A stretch of DNA of 64,000 nt, taken from the NCBI RefSeq assembly GCF_009914755.1, contig NC_060926.1; one strand, 5' to 3'. This document shows, one piece after another, positions 43,871-59,227 of this stretch; positions within the stretch are counted from its first letter, which is position 1, and the number at the start of each line of letters is the position of its first letter. Both the position numbers and the translations under genes were made by a program. Below the pieces are notes generated by a model. It had not been told where the DNA came from, made no database searches, and saw only the letters and a program-made list of their open reading frames with translations. This stretch comes from the human T2T-CHM13v2.0 reference genome, Homo sapiens.

Positions 43871-44629
43871 CCAATCTAAAAAGACTACAAACTATATGAT
43901 TGTAACTATATGACCTTCTGAAAGAAGAAAAATTATAGAGATAATTAAAAGATCAGTGGTTCCCAGGGTTTGCGGGAGGAAGGAATGAAAAGGCAGAGCA
44001 CAGACTTTTAGGGTGATGAAACTATTCTTTATGATACTGTAATGGTAGATACATATCATTATATGTTTATCAAAACCCATAAAATGTACAAGACCAAGAG
44101 TGAACACTAATATAAACTATGGACTTTGGATGATAATCGTGAGTCCATGTAGGTTTATCAGTTGTAACAAATGTATTGCATGGTGTAGGATATTGATAGT
44201 GGGGTAGAAGGAGCTGTGGGAGAAGATGCAGGGGATATATGGGAACTCTGCACTTTCTGCTCAGTTTTGCTGTGAACCTAAAACTGTTCTAAAAAATAAA
44301 GTCTACTAAAAAATAAACTGTATAAGATTTAATTAAATATATTAAAAGCAGAGGTAATTGATCTTCAAAATGGATGACCTCCTGTTTTATGATATATTAC
44401 TATCATCTATACTCTTATTTCTATCTATTGTATCTGTATAAAGGAGTTATTATACAATGGTGTACATCCGTGTAACTCTTCCCAACTCCGTGTTAAGTGA
44501 CCTCAATTTGGTAGCTTGAAATCAACTTGGCCATAGCTGGTAGTGTTTGCAGTATAGAAGTAGGCAACCACTACATAACAGCACTTTGCCCCCAAAGACA
44601 GCTGATTATTTTTAAAATTATTACTAATA

Positions 44630-44860
44630 TTTTTCAGAATCAAGGTCTTGCTCTGTTGCCCAGGCTGAAGTGCAGTGATGTGATCATAGCTCATTATAAC
44701 CTCGAACTCTTGGGCTCAAGCAATCCTCCTGCCCCAGCCCCTCAATTATCTAAGATTACAGGTACACATTACAACATCCATTTTGTTGTTGTTGTTGTTT
44801 TGTACAGACATGGTCCCACTATGTTGCCCAGACTGGTCTTGGCCTCCCAAAGTGTTAGGG
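44630..44860 (-). mobile_element. Alu (AluJo-like), left arm internally deleted
   Basis: gtcttgctctgttgcccaggctg...gggctcaagcaatcctcc...ctggtcttggcctcccaaagtg. Confidence 0.85.
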
Positions 44861-45281
44861 GGCTAGCTGACAAGCCCAGCCCAGAGCTGGTTATTGAACA
44901 TCTGTGGCATACCACTAATAGTGGGTACAGTTGTTGGACTCATGTTTAGGATCAGTAACATATATACACCTGAGAATGTCAATCAAAATACGCCTTTTGG
45001 AAACATTATGGAAGCATAGATCTTCACATATGATTAATTTAAGGTTTACTCTGAAGTCATCCAGAGACCTCTTTAGAATGGTTCCAAGAATTCCCTCTTT
45101 TGAAAGCCAACCAATCTAAGGAATTAAATCACTCAAATTTGAAGAAGACAAATATGCCTCAGGAGCAGCACTCTTGCTATCGAAATCACTCAGATCATGT
45201 TCTGAGTGATAGATCCTAATCGCTGAACTGTTTACTGTAATTAAGTCTATCAGCATGGTTTTCTCCTGACGAAAATAAAGT

Positions 45282-45525
45282 TTGGTATATTATGTCTTTT
45301 GCAAAAGGTGTCTCTTATCTCCTTTAACTTGTAAATCTATGAGTCAGTAAGATTACTCTTCAAAACCTGATTTTTCTTCCCTCCTCATGGATATAAAGAA
45401 CTTAAAAAAATCAAATTAATATTGCCCACAAGAAAGAAGTTGGTTGCAAGCACCATTATTTTATGCAAACACTATTATATCCTGCTATATCTCATCAAGA
45501 ATATTTGTGTGTCTGAGGAACGTGT
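45282..45525 (+). repeat. Dispersed direct duplication, copy 1 (paired with 48225-48468)
   Basis: 244 bp, about 18 differences by manual alignment. Confidence 0.95.
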
Positions 45526-45714
45526 AGATCTTTTACCAGCCTTTGTTTCCATCGATGAAGTATGCAAGTTTGAAATAGATTCCAATCTGTCAATGCTTCT
45601 TTTGAGTCTACATTGTGGTGCTACTGTACAAACCAAACATGGAGGAACAGTTTTGATATAGAGGCAATCTCACTTGTAATTGGTGTTAGCACAACTGTTT
45701 GCTTTTAGCCCAAC

Positions 45715-45905
45715 GACTCTCAGCACTGCCTGCCTGTTAGCATCAGTGGATAAGGGAAGGAGAGCTTTAAAAAAAAAAACACTGAAGCTCAGGTCCCAAC
45801 ACCAGGGATTCTGACTTAATTGGTCTTAAGAGAGTTGAGGGAATCAATAAGTTGTCAAATCTTTCCAGGTGATTCTAATATATAGCTATGATGAAGACCT
45901 ACTAT
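45715..45905. mobile_element. MER5B-like MITE
   Basis: caccagggattctgacttaattggtct...ccaggtgattctaatatatagc. Confidence 0.6.
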
Positions 45906-46816
45906 TTGAACCTATATAAAAATCATTTGATGCAGTTGATGTGAATTTGTTATTTGTTGACCTGAGACATAGGGGAACAAGTCAAGTCAAGTCCAATAAA
46001 AAACAAATCAATCATCTCTGATTATGGCATGATTTCAGTGTCTTTTGGATAGTTTAAAAAAATGGTGCTTCAGCATCAATAATATCACATAAAATCACCC
46101 TCTCTGTTGGGCAACTTCTAACGTTAAAAGGTAAGTCCTATAAAGTCAGTTCAGTTATATCCCACTGAGGGTCCACTCTGCAGCCAGTGAGTGAGTGGTG
46201 GAAGGCGCTGGCACCACCATGTTCCAGGCTGCTTTGTGGTTAGGCTTCATTCTGCTTCCTCTCCTGGCACTGCCTTGCTTCTGACCCATTTTCTAAGCCA
46301 GATCTCTCAGTCTCCTGCCAATTCTGTGAGCCTCATATCCTTGTGAAAAAATTCTTCCCGTCACCAACCCCCGCCCTTCTTTTTGCTTAAAATAGTCAGA
46401 AGCACTTTTTGTTCCTTGGAAGAGAAAGATTCCTAACTGATACTTTGTCATACCCCTAAAGGAAACAGAAACCAGTGACCAGTTTTCAAAAAAAAAAAAT
46501 TTCTGAACCTAAGAACATAAAAATTCAAGAAGAAAATAGTTGGGAGACTTGCCCTGCAAAAAAATAAATGTTGCAAAGTATACAGAAAAAGGAAACAGAA
46601 CAGAACAGAGCATCTGAAAGCAGCCTCAGGCATATGGAGGCTCGGGCTATAACAGAGACGGCGTGATACATTGCAGAAAGGACAGGTTACTCAGCAAGCG
46701 GTGCTTGGAAAATTAACACTCAGTGCGGGAGAAAATACATTACTTTCTGAGGTATGAAAAATCTAAATGCAAAATCAAAACTTTAAAACAGTTGGAAGAA
46801 AATGCAAGAAAATATA

Positions 46817-47117
<301 letters not shown>

Positions 47118-47183
47118 TTATGCCATATACATGTACCCAAAACTGAAAGGGAAAGACTGATGTATTTGACTACAATTAGGTAA

Positions 47184-47543
<360 letters not shown>

Positions 47544-48224
47544 TAAACAAAGTGAATAGGCAAGTCACCAGTTAGAAAAAGATTTGCAATTTAGATAACC
47601 AGAAAAGGATTAGAACTTAGTATGTGTAAAAAATTCATACAAATCAGTAAGCTATAAACAGGCCAATAGAAAAAATGAGCAAGGGATATAAATGGATAAA
47701 ACACAGAAAAGAAAAACTGAATAGCCTATATATATGAAAACATGATTATTCACTAGTAATAAGAAAAATGAGTTATTTTAGTTTATACTCAAAAGTATTG
47801 ATGAAGATGTAGAGAAATGAGAACTCACAAACTGCTGGCAGAAGCATGAACTGGCTCAAGACTTTGAAAGACAATTTGGCAATAGATGGTTAAGGGGAAG
47901 ATGAGTATGTATCGTCTACCCGAGCAGTGTTGCTTTCATGGCTCATGCTAGAGAAACTCACACTTGGCCATGATGGCACATGTATAAAAGTGCTCATTGT
48001 AGCATTGCTTATATCAGAAGAAAAGGCAAAAATCAAAATGTCCATTAACAGTAAATGGGTAAATTATAGTATATTTATACAGTAGAATACTATACTTATC
48101 ACACAGGATTAAAAGTTAATTAACTAAAGCAGCATACTTCATCATGAATGAATGTCAAAAACATAATGTCAAGTGGGAGAAAAGCAAGTTGCAAAATTAT
48201 ATCAGTTAAACCAATTATTTAAAA

Positions 48225-48468
48225 TTGGTATATTATGTCTTTTGCAAAAGGAATCTCTTATCTCCTTTAACTCGTAAATCTATGAATCGGTAAGGCTTCT
48301 CTTCAAAATGTGATTTTTTTCCCTCCTCATGGATATAAAGAACTTTAAAAAAACCAAACTAATATTGCCCACAAGAGAGAAGCTTATTGCAAGCACCATT
48401 ATTTTATGCAAACACTATTATATCCTGCTATATCTCATCAAGAATATTTGTGTGTCTGAGGAACGTGT
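48225..48468 (+). repeat. Dispersed direct duplication, copy 2 (paired with 45282-45525)
   Basis: Same 244-bp sequence, embedded inside L1ME-like sequence. Confidence 0.95.
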
Positions 48469-48852
48469 CAATATTATCTATAGGAAAAGTATAAAAACAT
48501 AATCAAGAAGAACATTCACTAACCTCTGCATAGTTAGTTCCTAGTGAGGGAAGGAAGGGAATGACATCAAGAAGCCAAAGGCAATTCGATTGCATCTGTA
48601 GTTTCCATTCCTTAAAAAATATCTGAACCTAATTTACTAAATCTGGGTAATGGTATGATGAGAGTATATTATTTTCTGTACTCATTTGTCCTATTTTAAA
48701 TATTTTTATTAAGTGTCCCAACCTGACTTTTTCTCCTTTCAACTAAGATACTGAAAGGCTTTTTGCCCCAGAACTACTTTTGAAAGGCTTTTTTCAAAAA
48801 AAGATACCAAAAGGCTTTTTGGACCCAGAGATATTTTTGAAAGGCTTCTTTA

Positions 48853-49168
<316 letters not shown>

Positions 49169-49864
49169 AGTAGAAATTCTGAGATGGAAAAGCTTTTTGC
49201 CCCAGAGCTTATGCTTTCACATGTCACTATTGCAGCTCCCAGCCCTGTGGGGTTTCACTCTAGGTGTTATCACTTGCTTTGATTATAAGACTCTAAACCA
49301 CAGCCCTGGGTGAACCCTGGCCCATCTGGCATGAAGACAGAAGACCATCATACAATTGCCAGCCTCTTCTTTTCACTCATCCTCATAGTCAAGAAATATG
49401 TGTATGTGTCCACTGCAGCCTGTGTTTGCTCTGCCCCCTCTCTTCACGCCACACTCCCAGCTTGATGTTTGCCAGTTCATGCTTGTGCCAGTTGTTGGCA
49501 CTTACTCTCTGGCGAGTGTACAGCTGACCTTACTGCCTCTGGCTCCTCCTTCCTGTGCTCTTGCTCTTCCATCCACCAACTTTATTAATACTCTGTTTTA
49601 TGACCCAGGTTACCGAGGAGACCTCAAATCAGGGTGGAGAAGGTACGTCTGCATACCATGCTCTCCCTCCCCAACCTCTCCTCTGCAGGTCCATAGTCAC
49701 CTATTCGTGATGCTCCTCAGACATGGCCATCCAGGCGTTGCCCACCTCTCGTTGTTGTGAAATACACTCAATTGCTATCTATTGATACCTATTTTTATAT
49801 TTTACTACAGTGGCAATGAAAGAATTATTTGGGGGAGGATAGGTAGTAGGAATAGCTTTATTAA

Positions 49865-50401
<537 letters not shown>

Positions 50402-50881
50402 TAAGCATGAAAAGGGGGGTCCCCAACTCTGCCAAGGGTGGGAGTAGGGAGCCACGGTAGACTCCCTCACAAACACAATTGGAGATGACCAGAAGGCTAA
50501 ACATTGGTGCCTTTGGCCTTCAAGATACCCTTTAGAAGACAATTATTATATTTTCTTGAGTGTGAATGGAGATAGGATGGGAGGAGCAGCTTCCAGGACC
50601 CTGCCCCACGGCAGACCGGCCTCTGCCCTGTGGATCCCAGGACCCTGCCCAACAGCAGGCTGCCCTCTGCCCTGTGCATCCCAAGCACTTTCTCTGTGCT
50701 GCCTGGTGTTGCAGAAGTCCTGCCTCGCCATGGACACCGTGGAAATGAACAGGCTTGCTGAGTGACTGGCATTTGCAAAGCTTTCACAAATAACACTAAA
50801 CACCGTGATTTCCTCAAGATGTTCTGGAGCCCTCAGACTGGGCCCTCTCTGTTGTGGGGTGCTCAATCTTCCCAGGCTCAG

Positions 50882-50933
50882 GCTGCCCCAGGGGCTGGGC
50901 CACGCTGCCCCAGGGGCTGGGCCACGCAGCCCC
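50882..50933. repeat. Perfect 22-bp tandem duplication plus partial third unit
   Basis: gctgccccaggggctgggccac x2, then gcagcccc. Confidence 0.95.
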
Positions 50934-51147
50934 TATCGTCACCCTCACTACCCAGGCCTCTAGCCTGCACCCTTCCCCTCCCTACACTCCCCACAGGCAG
51001 CTCTCATCAAGCAACTGCTTCTCCAAGCGCTTGTGACTAAACCCCAAAGAGGCCTGGAAAGAGGATGTTGGAAACAAGCAGGGGGTGCACTTTGGGGGAG
51101 GCGAGGCCTGGGAAGCCGGCACACTTCTATGTGAGTGGAGGCTGTTG

Positions 51148-51174
51148 GCTGATTGGCCACTTGACCTTTGACCT
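51148..51174 (-). promoter_or_regulatory. Candidate NF-Y CCAAT box adjacent to a perfect nuclear-receptor DR1
   Basis: gctgattggcc (reverse complement GGCCAATCAGC) at 51148-51158; TGACCT-T-TGACCT at 51162-51174; motif match only. Confidence 0.45.
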
Positions 51175-52578
51175 GAGCCCCAAGGAAAGTGCACCCTCCT
51201 CTCTTTCATTTTGTTTATGGCTTCATACAAGCTTCCCATTTACGTGAACATTCTGACAGAAGAGGGCTCTCATTTGGCCAGGTCCTGAAAGCAGAGAATT
51301 CTGCTCCTTCTATGGGACCAGCAGCCTCTCTTGCGGGCGTTTGGCTCTGCCTGCGAGGCAGGTGGGCTGCCAAGGCTTCCCAGCTGGGCTTTTCTGCTTT
51401 AGATAAGCTGAGATATTTGTGCATGAAACCTTCTGCGATGTGACCCTGCGAAATGCATGCTGCGCCACACCCTTTTATCGTTGTTAATTGAGAGCAGAGT
51501 CTTGCTAAACTTACCATGTGATGGATATTTCTCCGTTTTGATATTGCACAGAATGAAGAACATAGCAGACAGATGAAGTAGGCCTGGTGGTGCTCTGAGC
51601 AGAACAAATCCTAAGGCCAGGTTAGACTTGCTGTGCACTGTTTCCCTCGTGTCTAGATTTCTGAAGGATGAGTCTTTTGATTTGTTTCTAACCTGCTTAA
51701 AAGAGATGGGGAGGCGGAGGAAGCAAGGAGCCGAGGTGCAGCCGGATGCCTCCCAGGTTGAATAATGGCAACAAGAAACAGAGTTCTTAAAGCCCAGATG
51801 ATAAGGGCCTCAGTCTGGGTGTGAATGAACTTGGCCTGACTTCTTTGCTGCCGTCATATGAACCGGAAGGAGACAGCTTAGATAGAGCAAGCCTGCTCCT
51901 TCCAGAAGCACGAGGGTCCTGTGGCGGTTTTTGCTTCAAACACCGCAGAACACAGAGCAAACCCCATGACGCCGTCCTTCAACTAAACAGCCCAAAGCAG
52001 CAAACTAGAGGTTTCCATTTTTAGTTTGCAAGGGGAACAACTGAGCTTTCATGAGTTGGAATTTGCTAACGTAAATTGAGCCTTTGTAAGAGGGCTGAAA
52101 TTGACCCTGGAGACGGAAAGCACAGGAAATATTTGCTGTGGTCGGTGGGAGAGGACGCTCCGCAGACAAAGCCGCCTGCTTCTCCCGTCAGGCCTGCCTC
52201 CTCTCTAGGCAAATATTGGAGGGATGACTTTTTTATTTGCAGAGAGGATTTGGCTAATTTTGTTTTATTTGTGTACCTTACATTCATGGAGCACTCTGCA
52301 CAGTCTGTTGGATAATCTCTAATTATTCCTTTCCTCTTCACACCTGTGAGGCCGATGCTCAGCATATTTCAGAGGAAGCTGGCACCAGGGATGAGGGAAT
52401 CTGCCCAAGCATGAGTCACCTGGAATATTAAACCAGAACCAACACACAAATGATCTGTGCAAAGAGGTCAGCAAAATAAAGGATTCACTGCAATTCATCC
52501 TTCTGTGGTCACTGCCGGGCTTTGGGCTCCCATCCCTTCCCGGCCCTCCCATTCCATATCCCTCTTCTGTATTTGCAG

Positions 52579-52732
52579 GCAGCACCATTGAAGTGTGTTT
52601 GACAGACAGAACTACTGTTTTGAATCAACCCTCTGAGATGTCTAAATCAGCCTGTCAGACTTTGCTCCCTCTATCACGTTTCCCAAGAAGAGGATCAGAG
52701 ATAAAGAGAAATATGGAAATTTGGAGTAAAAG
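52579..52732 (+). other. Candidate (probably non-coding) internal exon
   Basis: Long pyrimidine tract ending tttgcag|G and consensus donor AAG|GTGAGT; no transcript evidence available. Confidence 0.3.
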
Positions 52733-54530
52733 GTGAGTCTAGAGAACAAGAAAAAAAAAATGTGCCTTCAGAGACTACAACAAAGGAACCCAACAAAATA
52801 TAGGACAATCTGGTTACTATGTTGAAGTCACAAATGTGAAGAAAATAATATACCAAAACGTTTCAGAAAAATCCAACTACTATAGCCAAGCGAATGACAC
52901 ATTAGTGACATAATGAACAATTAGAATTAAAACTTTTTAAAGTGTCGTAAAAATATTTCTTTATTGTTTAAAAATGAGATTTCAAAATGTTTCCAAACCT
53001 CATCAGTGAAGGACATACCTACATTTCTAACCCAGATGAGGTTTTTGAAATGTGGAATATAGAAGCAGTCCCTTTAAAAAGAAAAAGAATGCCTTTCATG
53101 CTGGATTTGTACAATTTCCATATGTTTTAGTAATCAAGAAGTACAGAATCCCTTGAAATGTGCAGAGATTCAAGGCTAGAGCCAACATAGCATTCAGAGT
53201 CTTAAATAAACATATAATGTTTGGGAAAGCAATATTCTGGATGTTAATTTTCAATCTCTAGGTATACCTGTCAGTCTTTAAGATGGAAACTTCTGCTTGT
53301 CAGAGTTTGAGGCCTCTGTGAACTTGCAGGGGGTGAGTCCTGGCTTGGCCCACTCACCGATCCCCAAACACTGGCGAGGAAGAAACTGAAACAGCTGTAA
53401 CCACTCACTTAAATATACCATGGCATTCGTACAAATGATCGTCGACTTTGAACCCAAGAGCTGGGGTCCAATAGGAAGACAACTCCAAATCAGGCCTTAA
53501 AAACCTGGTTTCAGAATACACATTGCTGCCTTGCCTTTGTGGGTTTGTTTATTCGGCAATTGCATGTTAAGGAAGTGGGAGTAGAAATCACTTATTTGGA
53601 CACTTATTAAGCTGGTCAAATTCTCCTAATTCTAGAATCCGAAGTACAGCATCTGTGGAAAAATACAGGGGATGAGATTATAGAGACAGAAACCAGCCTG
53701 TATAATGCTAAGACTTTCTGTCTGGGGGTGCTAGACATGTGAGCCCACCACCCTCCCCAGCTAGGTTCATTTTTTTTTTTTTTTTTTTTTTTCTGAAAAT
53801 TGCTCAGTTTCCAGCTTAGAAAAGATTGGACATAACATGGAACCTTAGATCTTTAGCCAATAACCATGTTTATAGGTGCTGAGGACCTGAGATCCTGCCT
53901 AGTTAGAAGCAGATCTCAAGCACTCACGATGGCCATCAGGGATGAGGTGGTCCAGCTTGATTCTCTTCTGGAAACCACAGACATAAATAGTATAATCTAA
54001 ACACTAACATACCATGAATCATGGTTTATATTTTTAAATATTATTTGCAAAAATATAAAATTGAAGTAAATTAGTTGCCCCATTGGTGAGCAAGGCTGTC
54101 TTAGAGCAGGCACGCAAGATTTCTAAGTGGACTATTTCAGGCCATGACAACCTTGCCCTTGAACATGGTCAGAAAGCCCAGGCTGTGCTTTTCATAAATA
54201 AGATTCATGTTCTTTATTCTGGAACCTAGCACTGTGCCTGGCCCAAAGCTGGTATTCAATAGCTATTCACGCAGCTAAATTGGGGAGCTTCTTAGCTGGT
54301 CTAACTTGTTCACCGTTCATTCTGTACTTTGCTACGATGTTAATCAGCCTGATACACTACATACAAGAAGGATGTGAACCCAATCGAGCCCCAAAGCCCT
54401 TGTTTCAGGCCTTAGAACCTACTGTTCTTTCTTATGTATCCCTTCATGAATTCTACAATGGCCTTCTGAGAATCTTCTATGCACCTATAGTAGCACCTAC
54501 TGTATTACTTTTTATAGTGTAATTGTGTCT

Positions 54531-54838
<308 letters not shown>

Positions 54839-54843
54839 CATAA

Positions 54844-55072
54844 TTGTGTCTTAAATATCCCCCCCAAGATATATTTTTTAAAATATCTTGTTTTGCCTTC
54901 CTGACTTTCTAAGCTGCGTGCCTTGCACTTGGGGCTGTGTCTGTTTACACCAGGAGAACGCTGCTTTCTTCACCCGAATCCAGGCCGGTTCAGTGGCTGC
55001 TGGGGCCACCTGCATTTTCTGCTTATTCCCTGTCTACTTTAGATCCACAAAATGCTCCTTCACCACATGCAG
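54844..55072 (+). repeat. Dispersed direct duplication, copy 1 (paired with 56449-56676)
   Basis: ~228 bp, about 25 differences by manual alignment. Confidence 0.93.
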
Positions 55073-55353
55073 TAGCACCCAAGAAAGCAGTGCCTGCTAG
55101 ACTATTAAGCTGATGACTGCAACAGTGCAGGGGGCACTCATGAGGTGAGGGACAGAGCTGGGGGGCAGCAGGAACCATTTCACCCAACTCGACGGCTCCT
55201 CTCACCCACAGGTCGACCCAGATTCCTGTCTCAGTTCCTAGCCTTTCAAAGGATAGTTTTGGGGTAAAAGTAGTATTTTTATATACATATATAGTAAAAA
55301 TATAAAGAAATGCCAGGAAGGACCAAGATCAAAGTCAAGATGGGTACTTTCCT

Positions 55354-55810
55354 CCCATCATCTGTGACAACATGGATGAACCTTGAAGACATTGTGCTGA
55401 GCGAAGCAAACCAGGCACACGTAGACAGGCACCACATGATCTCACATGGGCGAGCTGAAAGGGTTAAACTTATAGCCGTAGAGATAGAATGGTGGCTCCC
55501 AGGGCCTGGGGGCTTGGGAGATGTAGGTCAAAAGATACAAAGTTTCAGTTAGACAGGAGGCACGAGTTCAAGAGCTGGGTTGTACAACATGGAGACTACG
55601 GTTAATAACAATGTATTATATACTTGAAAATTGCCAAGCGAGTATCTACTTGCTTTTGTGATGTGTTCTCATCACAAAACAGTGAGCTAATTCATATGTT
55701 AATTAGCTGGATGTAGCCATTCCCCAATGTATACAGATTTCAAAACTCATGTTGTACACCATAAGTATCTACAATACTTATTTGTCCGTTTAGATATTAA
55801 TTAATTAATG
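55354..55810 (+). mobile_element. L1MA/L1MB-like 3' end, 5'-truncated
   Basis: gacaacatggatgaaccttgaagacattgtgctgagcgaa...gttaataacaatgtattatatacttgaaaattgcc...gttgtacaccataagtat. Confidence 0.85.
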
Positions 55811-55909
55811 AACTAAAGGAAACAACTCGGGGAAATAAGCAGAACCAAGGCCTTCATCTTGTTTTGGAACAGCACATGCACTGTGTAAATTGAAGAATAT
55901 GCAAAAACA

Positions 55910-56254
<345 letters not shown>

Positions 56255-56448
56255 TTAATTTGATATTTAAATAAATAAATAATATTTTAAAAAGAAAAAG
56301 ACGGGTGCTTTCCTGGAGAGAGAGAGAGAAGAGAGGAAGACATATGATCTAACGGGTTGGCAATGATTCAATTTTTAAATTATTGGTAGGTACACACGCA
56401 TGTGCTGTATTACTCTTTGTAATTACAAATATGTAATGTATCTCATAT

Positions 56449-56676
56449 TTGTGCCTTAAATATACACCCAAGCTGTATTTTTTAAAAGACCTTATTTTAC
56501 CTTCCGGACTTTCTAGACTGCGTGTCCTGCACTTGTGGCTGTGTCTGTTTGCACCAGGAGGACGCTGCTTTCTTTGCCCGAATCCAGGCCGGCTCAGCGG
56601 CTGCTGGGGTCACCTGCATTTTCTGCTTATGCCCTGTCTACTTTGGATCCACAAAATACTCCTTCACCACATGCAG
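56449..56676 (+). repeat. Dispersed direct duplication, copy 2 (paired with 54844-55072)
   Basis: Same ~228-bp sequence, continuous with an upstream L1ME-like 3' end. Confidence 0.93.
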
Positions 56677-57834
56677 AGAAACAACAGCTCCAGTACCTTC
56701 CACTTCCGTCTGACCTTGTCTAGGAATATTTTCTTACAGCCCTGCACCTTGTTTCTTAAAGGGCCCATGCACTTTAACCATTTATGTTCCCAAACCTCAC
56801 GAAACACTTTTTAGAAAACTTGTGCCTGGGTCAGGCTTCCTACTGAAAAGCCTTCTCCTGTTCAGACAGAAATCTGCTCTGTACTGTGTCTTATTTTTGT
56901 TTCGTGTCTGTTTTTGGTGATGGGGAGGATGATAGTTAATCTGCCTTTACGTGGAAGTCCTCCAATTCTTGATTACTATCCAGACTATTTTCATCTCTGT
57001 ACCTTTCTTGAGGTGTAGCAAAACTCCTACTTGGCATCCACAATGATCAAAGAGAAACGTGCAGGGAGGTTAGGCCTTACTGCTCCAACTCCAGCAATTC
57101 CTTATCCTTTGCAGCTTTAGTGTCACATGAGGCTGATAACTTTAGGGGCTGGTCTATAAGGTTTTTTATTTTTCCTCTTAACCCATCAGGAAGAGCAGCT
57201 ACAACTCGAGCAGACATTGAGATCTCATTTCGATTGTTTTTCTTTGCACAGAATACTTTCACCACCTTGGACATTGTCTCCTGCCTTTCTGGACATCCAC
57301 ACAGCCCTGTGATATGCCTTGGAGCTGAGTTTTACCTCTTTGTGTGATACTTCTTTCCTGGGAAAGGCTCACACCACCTTGGAGCTTTGCAATTTCGGCT
57401 TGTAGGTCCTCACTTATAAATCCATTCACTCCCAGAGTCTACATTGAAATGATTTCTTTTGCTGTGTCTCCACTGCTGGCTGTAGCCCCTTGAAGGAGGG
57501 AGCTGGCTTTACCATGCCTGGCCTTGCATAAAGTGCAACCTGATGCTTAATATATACTGACTAGGTAAGCACAACCACTTCCAGAGCTAATTCCAGCCTT
57601 TCCTCCTGCTCCCTGATAACTCTACCTTCATACCAGGACAGCATTCTCAGAAATCATTTTAACCACGAAGACTTTTGTTCAAATGAAACAGAATAAGTAT
57701 AAACTAGAAAAAGTGCAAATATATAGACAACTGTTATTTTTTCTAAGTAATCACCCAAACCCTCACCTCATCTATTAACCAAAAACTCCAGTGTGTTTCA
57801 TATGAAGCCTCCCTTCCGAAAGAAAATAATCACA

Positions 57835-57862
57835 AACAACAACAACAACAACAACAACAACA
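57835..57862. repeat. (AAC)n microsatellite
   Basis: About 9 AAC units. Confidence 0.9.
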
Positions 57863-59227
57863 TATCTTCTAGGACCCCAGGGGTGACTGCCCAGAGTCTC
57901 AGCCTGGCTACCTGCTGGGCCCCTGCATGGCTGCTGCAGCTGGACTTTGGAGAGCACAGTGGACCTTCCCCACTGCTGCCAGGAGCCTTCCCAGGGATGA
58001 ATTCCTCCTCTGACGAACAAGGATTTTGAGACAAGAGAGATCCCCTTGGCCAAGGATGCCCCAACCAGGGCTCACAAGGCCGCTGTTCTGAGTGTTCCAC
58101 TTGGTTCCCAACCCCAGCTGGCCCCAACAGGTACCATGGAGCCTCCCAACCACCATCCTTCCCTCCCTGGGCTCCACCCCAACCTCAGGCAGCTTTTCCT
58201 TTTACACCTACAAAACACAAAGAGCCTAGCTGCCCTCATCCCCTTCCTTAGACCACGGCACTCCCCTCCCACCCTCCCAAGGGTAGCCCCTCTTTGTCTC
58301 TCTTCTGGGTGAGATTGCCTTCCTGAATCCGTGGTGACCGAGGAAAGGAAGCATCTCACAAGCTGTTCACAAGGCCACCTCAGTGCCCCAGAAAGCCTGA
58401 CAAGCACAGATAAATTAAAGCCATCCTTCTGGGGGTAACAGAGGGGACTCCTGTCCTGCCCTGGTCCCAGGGCTTCCCAGAGCAGTCTGTGAATCACTGC
58501 CTATGTGGCGCTTATGCTTCCTGAGCCATTGACTCCTCCATCCCAAGGGTCTTTGGAGACTCCATCTCATCCTCAGGTACCAGTCTTTGGAGTTCTTTCT
58601 TGCCACAGGCAAGAGAATTTGGGGTCATTTGATTTGCTCAGATGGTGCCATGGTAAAGAGGACAACTCCAGGCAGCTTCATGTCTCCTCTGCTGACGGGC
58701 AGATTGTGTCCTGGCAGGAGATCATCTGCTGTGTTTGCTACCCAGGAGGCTCCCACACTTCACCATCAGAACAGCGCCCCTGGCTTAGGATTCCTGGCAC
58801 CCTAGGGGTCAGCCCTTTTGTGTCTGTTTTTGCTCCTCTACGGTAATCTTTTCATGCAGCCTCGAGTTAACAGCACTTGTTTCCTTACCTGTCTCCATCC
58901 CAAGACGGTGGACCTCTTTGAGGACTGGAGCATTTTCCTCACTAGTTCATTCAATAAGCATTGGTTTCTGTATGCCAGACACCCGCCGTTCTGGGTCCTG
59001 AATCTCGTCTTTGGATACCTAGAGCATTACACATTGAGACCTCGGTCCTGCCAAAAGCCAAAATAGTCTAATAAGGCCCACTGCATGGGGTAGTTGTCAG
59101 GGCTGACTTAATACAAAAGAGGGATTTAGAATAGCACCTGTGTTGACACTGCCCATGAGTCAGCAGTCACAATGAGCACAGTGTGGATGACGTATGGAAA
59201 GAAAGGGACGGCTCATGTAGAGGGTGC

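Larger units (their letters stand above)
43124..44318 (+). mobile_element. L1MC-like 3' fragment containing an Alu
   Basis: atccagcaattgcactctttggtatttacccaaatgagttgaaaacttatgtccaca...ctgtgaacctaaaactgttctaaaaaataaagtc; flanks aaaaattaaact/aaaaataaact. Confidence 0.85.
43016..44917. mobile_element. MER63-like (hAT-Blackjack) element interrupted by L1MC and Alus
   Basis: ttgttaaatttccagcaatt...ccattattaaaaattaaa resumes after 44320 with ctcttcccaactccgtgttaagtgac...ttggtagcttgaaatc. Confidence 0.7.

Noticed and set aside
43546-43899. Charged KEGR-repeat ORF and its FLPS-repeat antisense ORF
   Set aside because: Read-through of an Alu plus a (GGAA)n microsatellite
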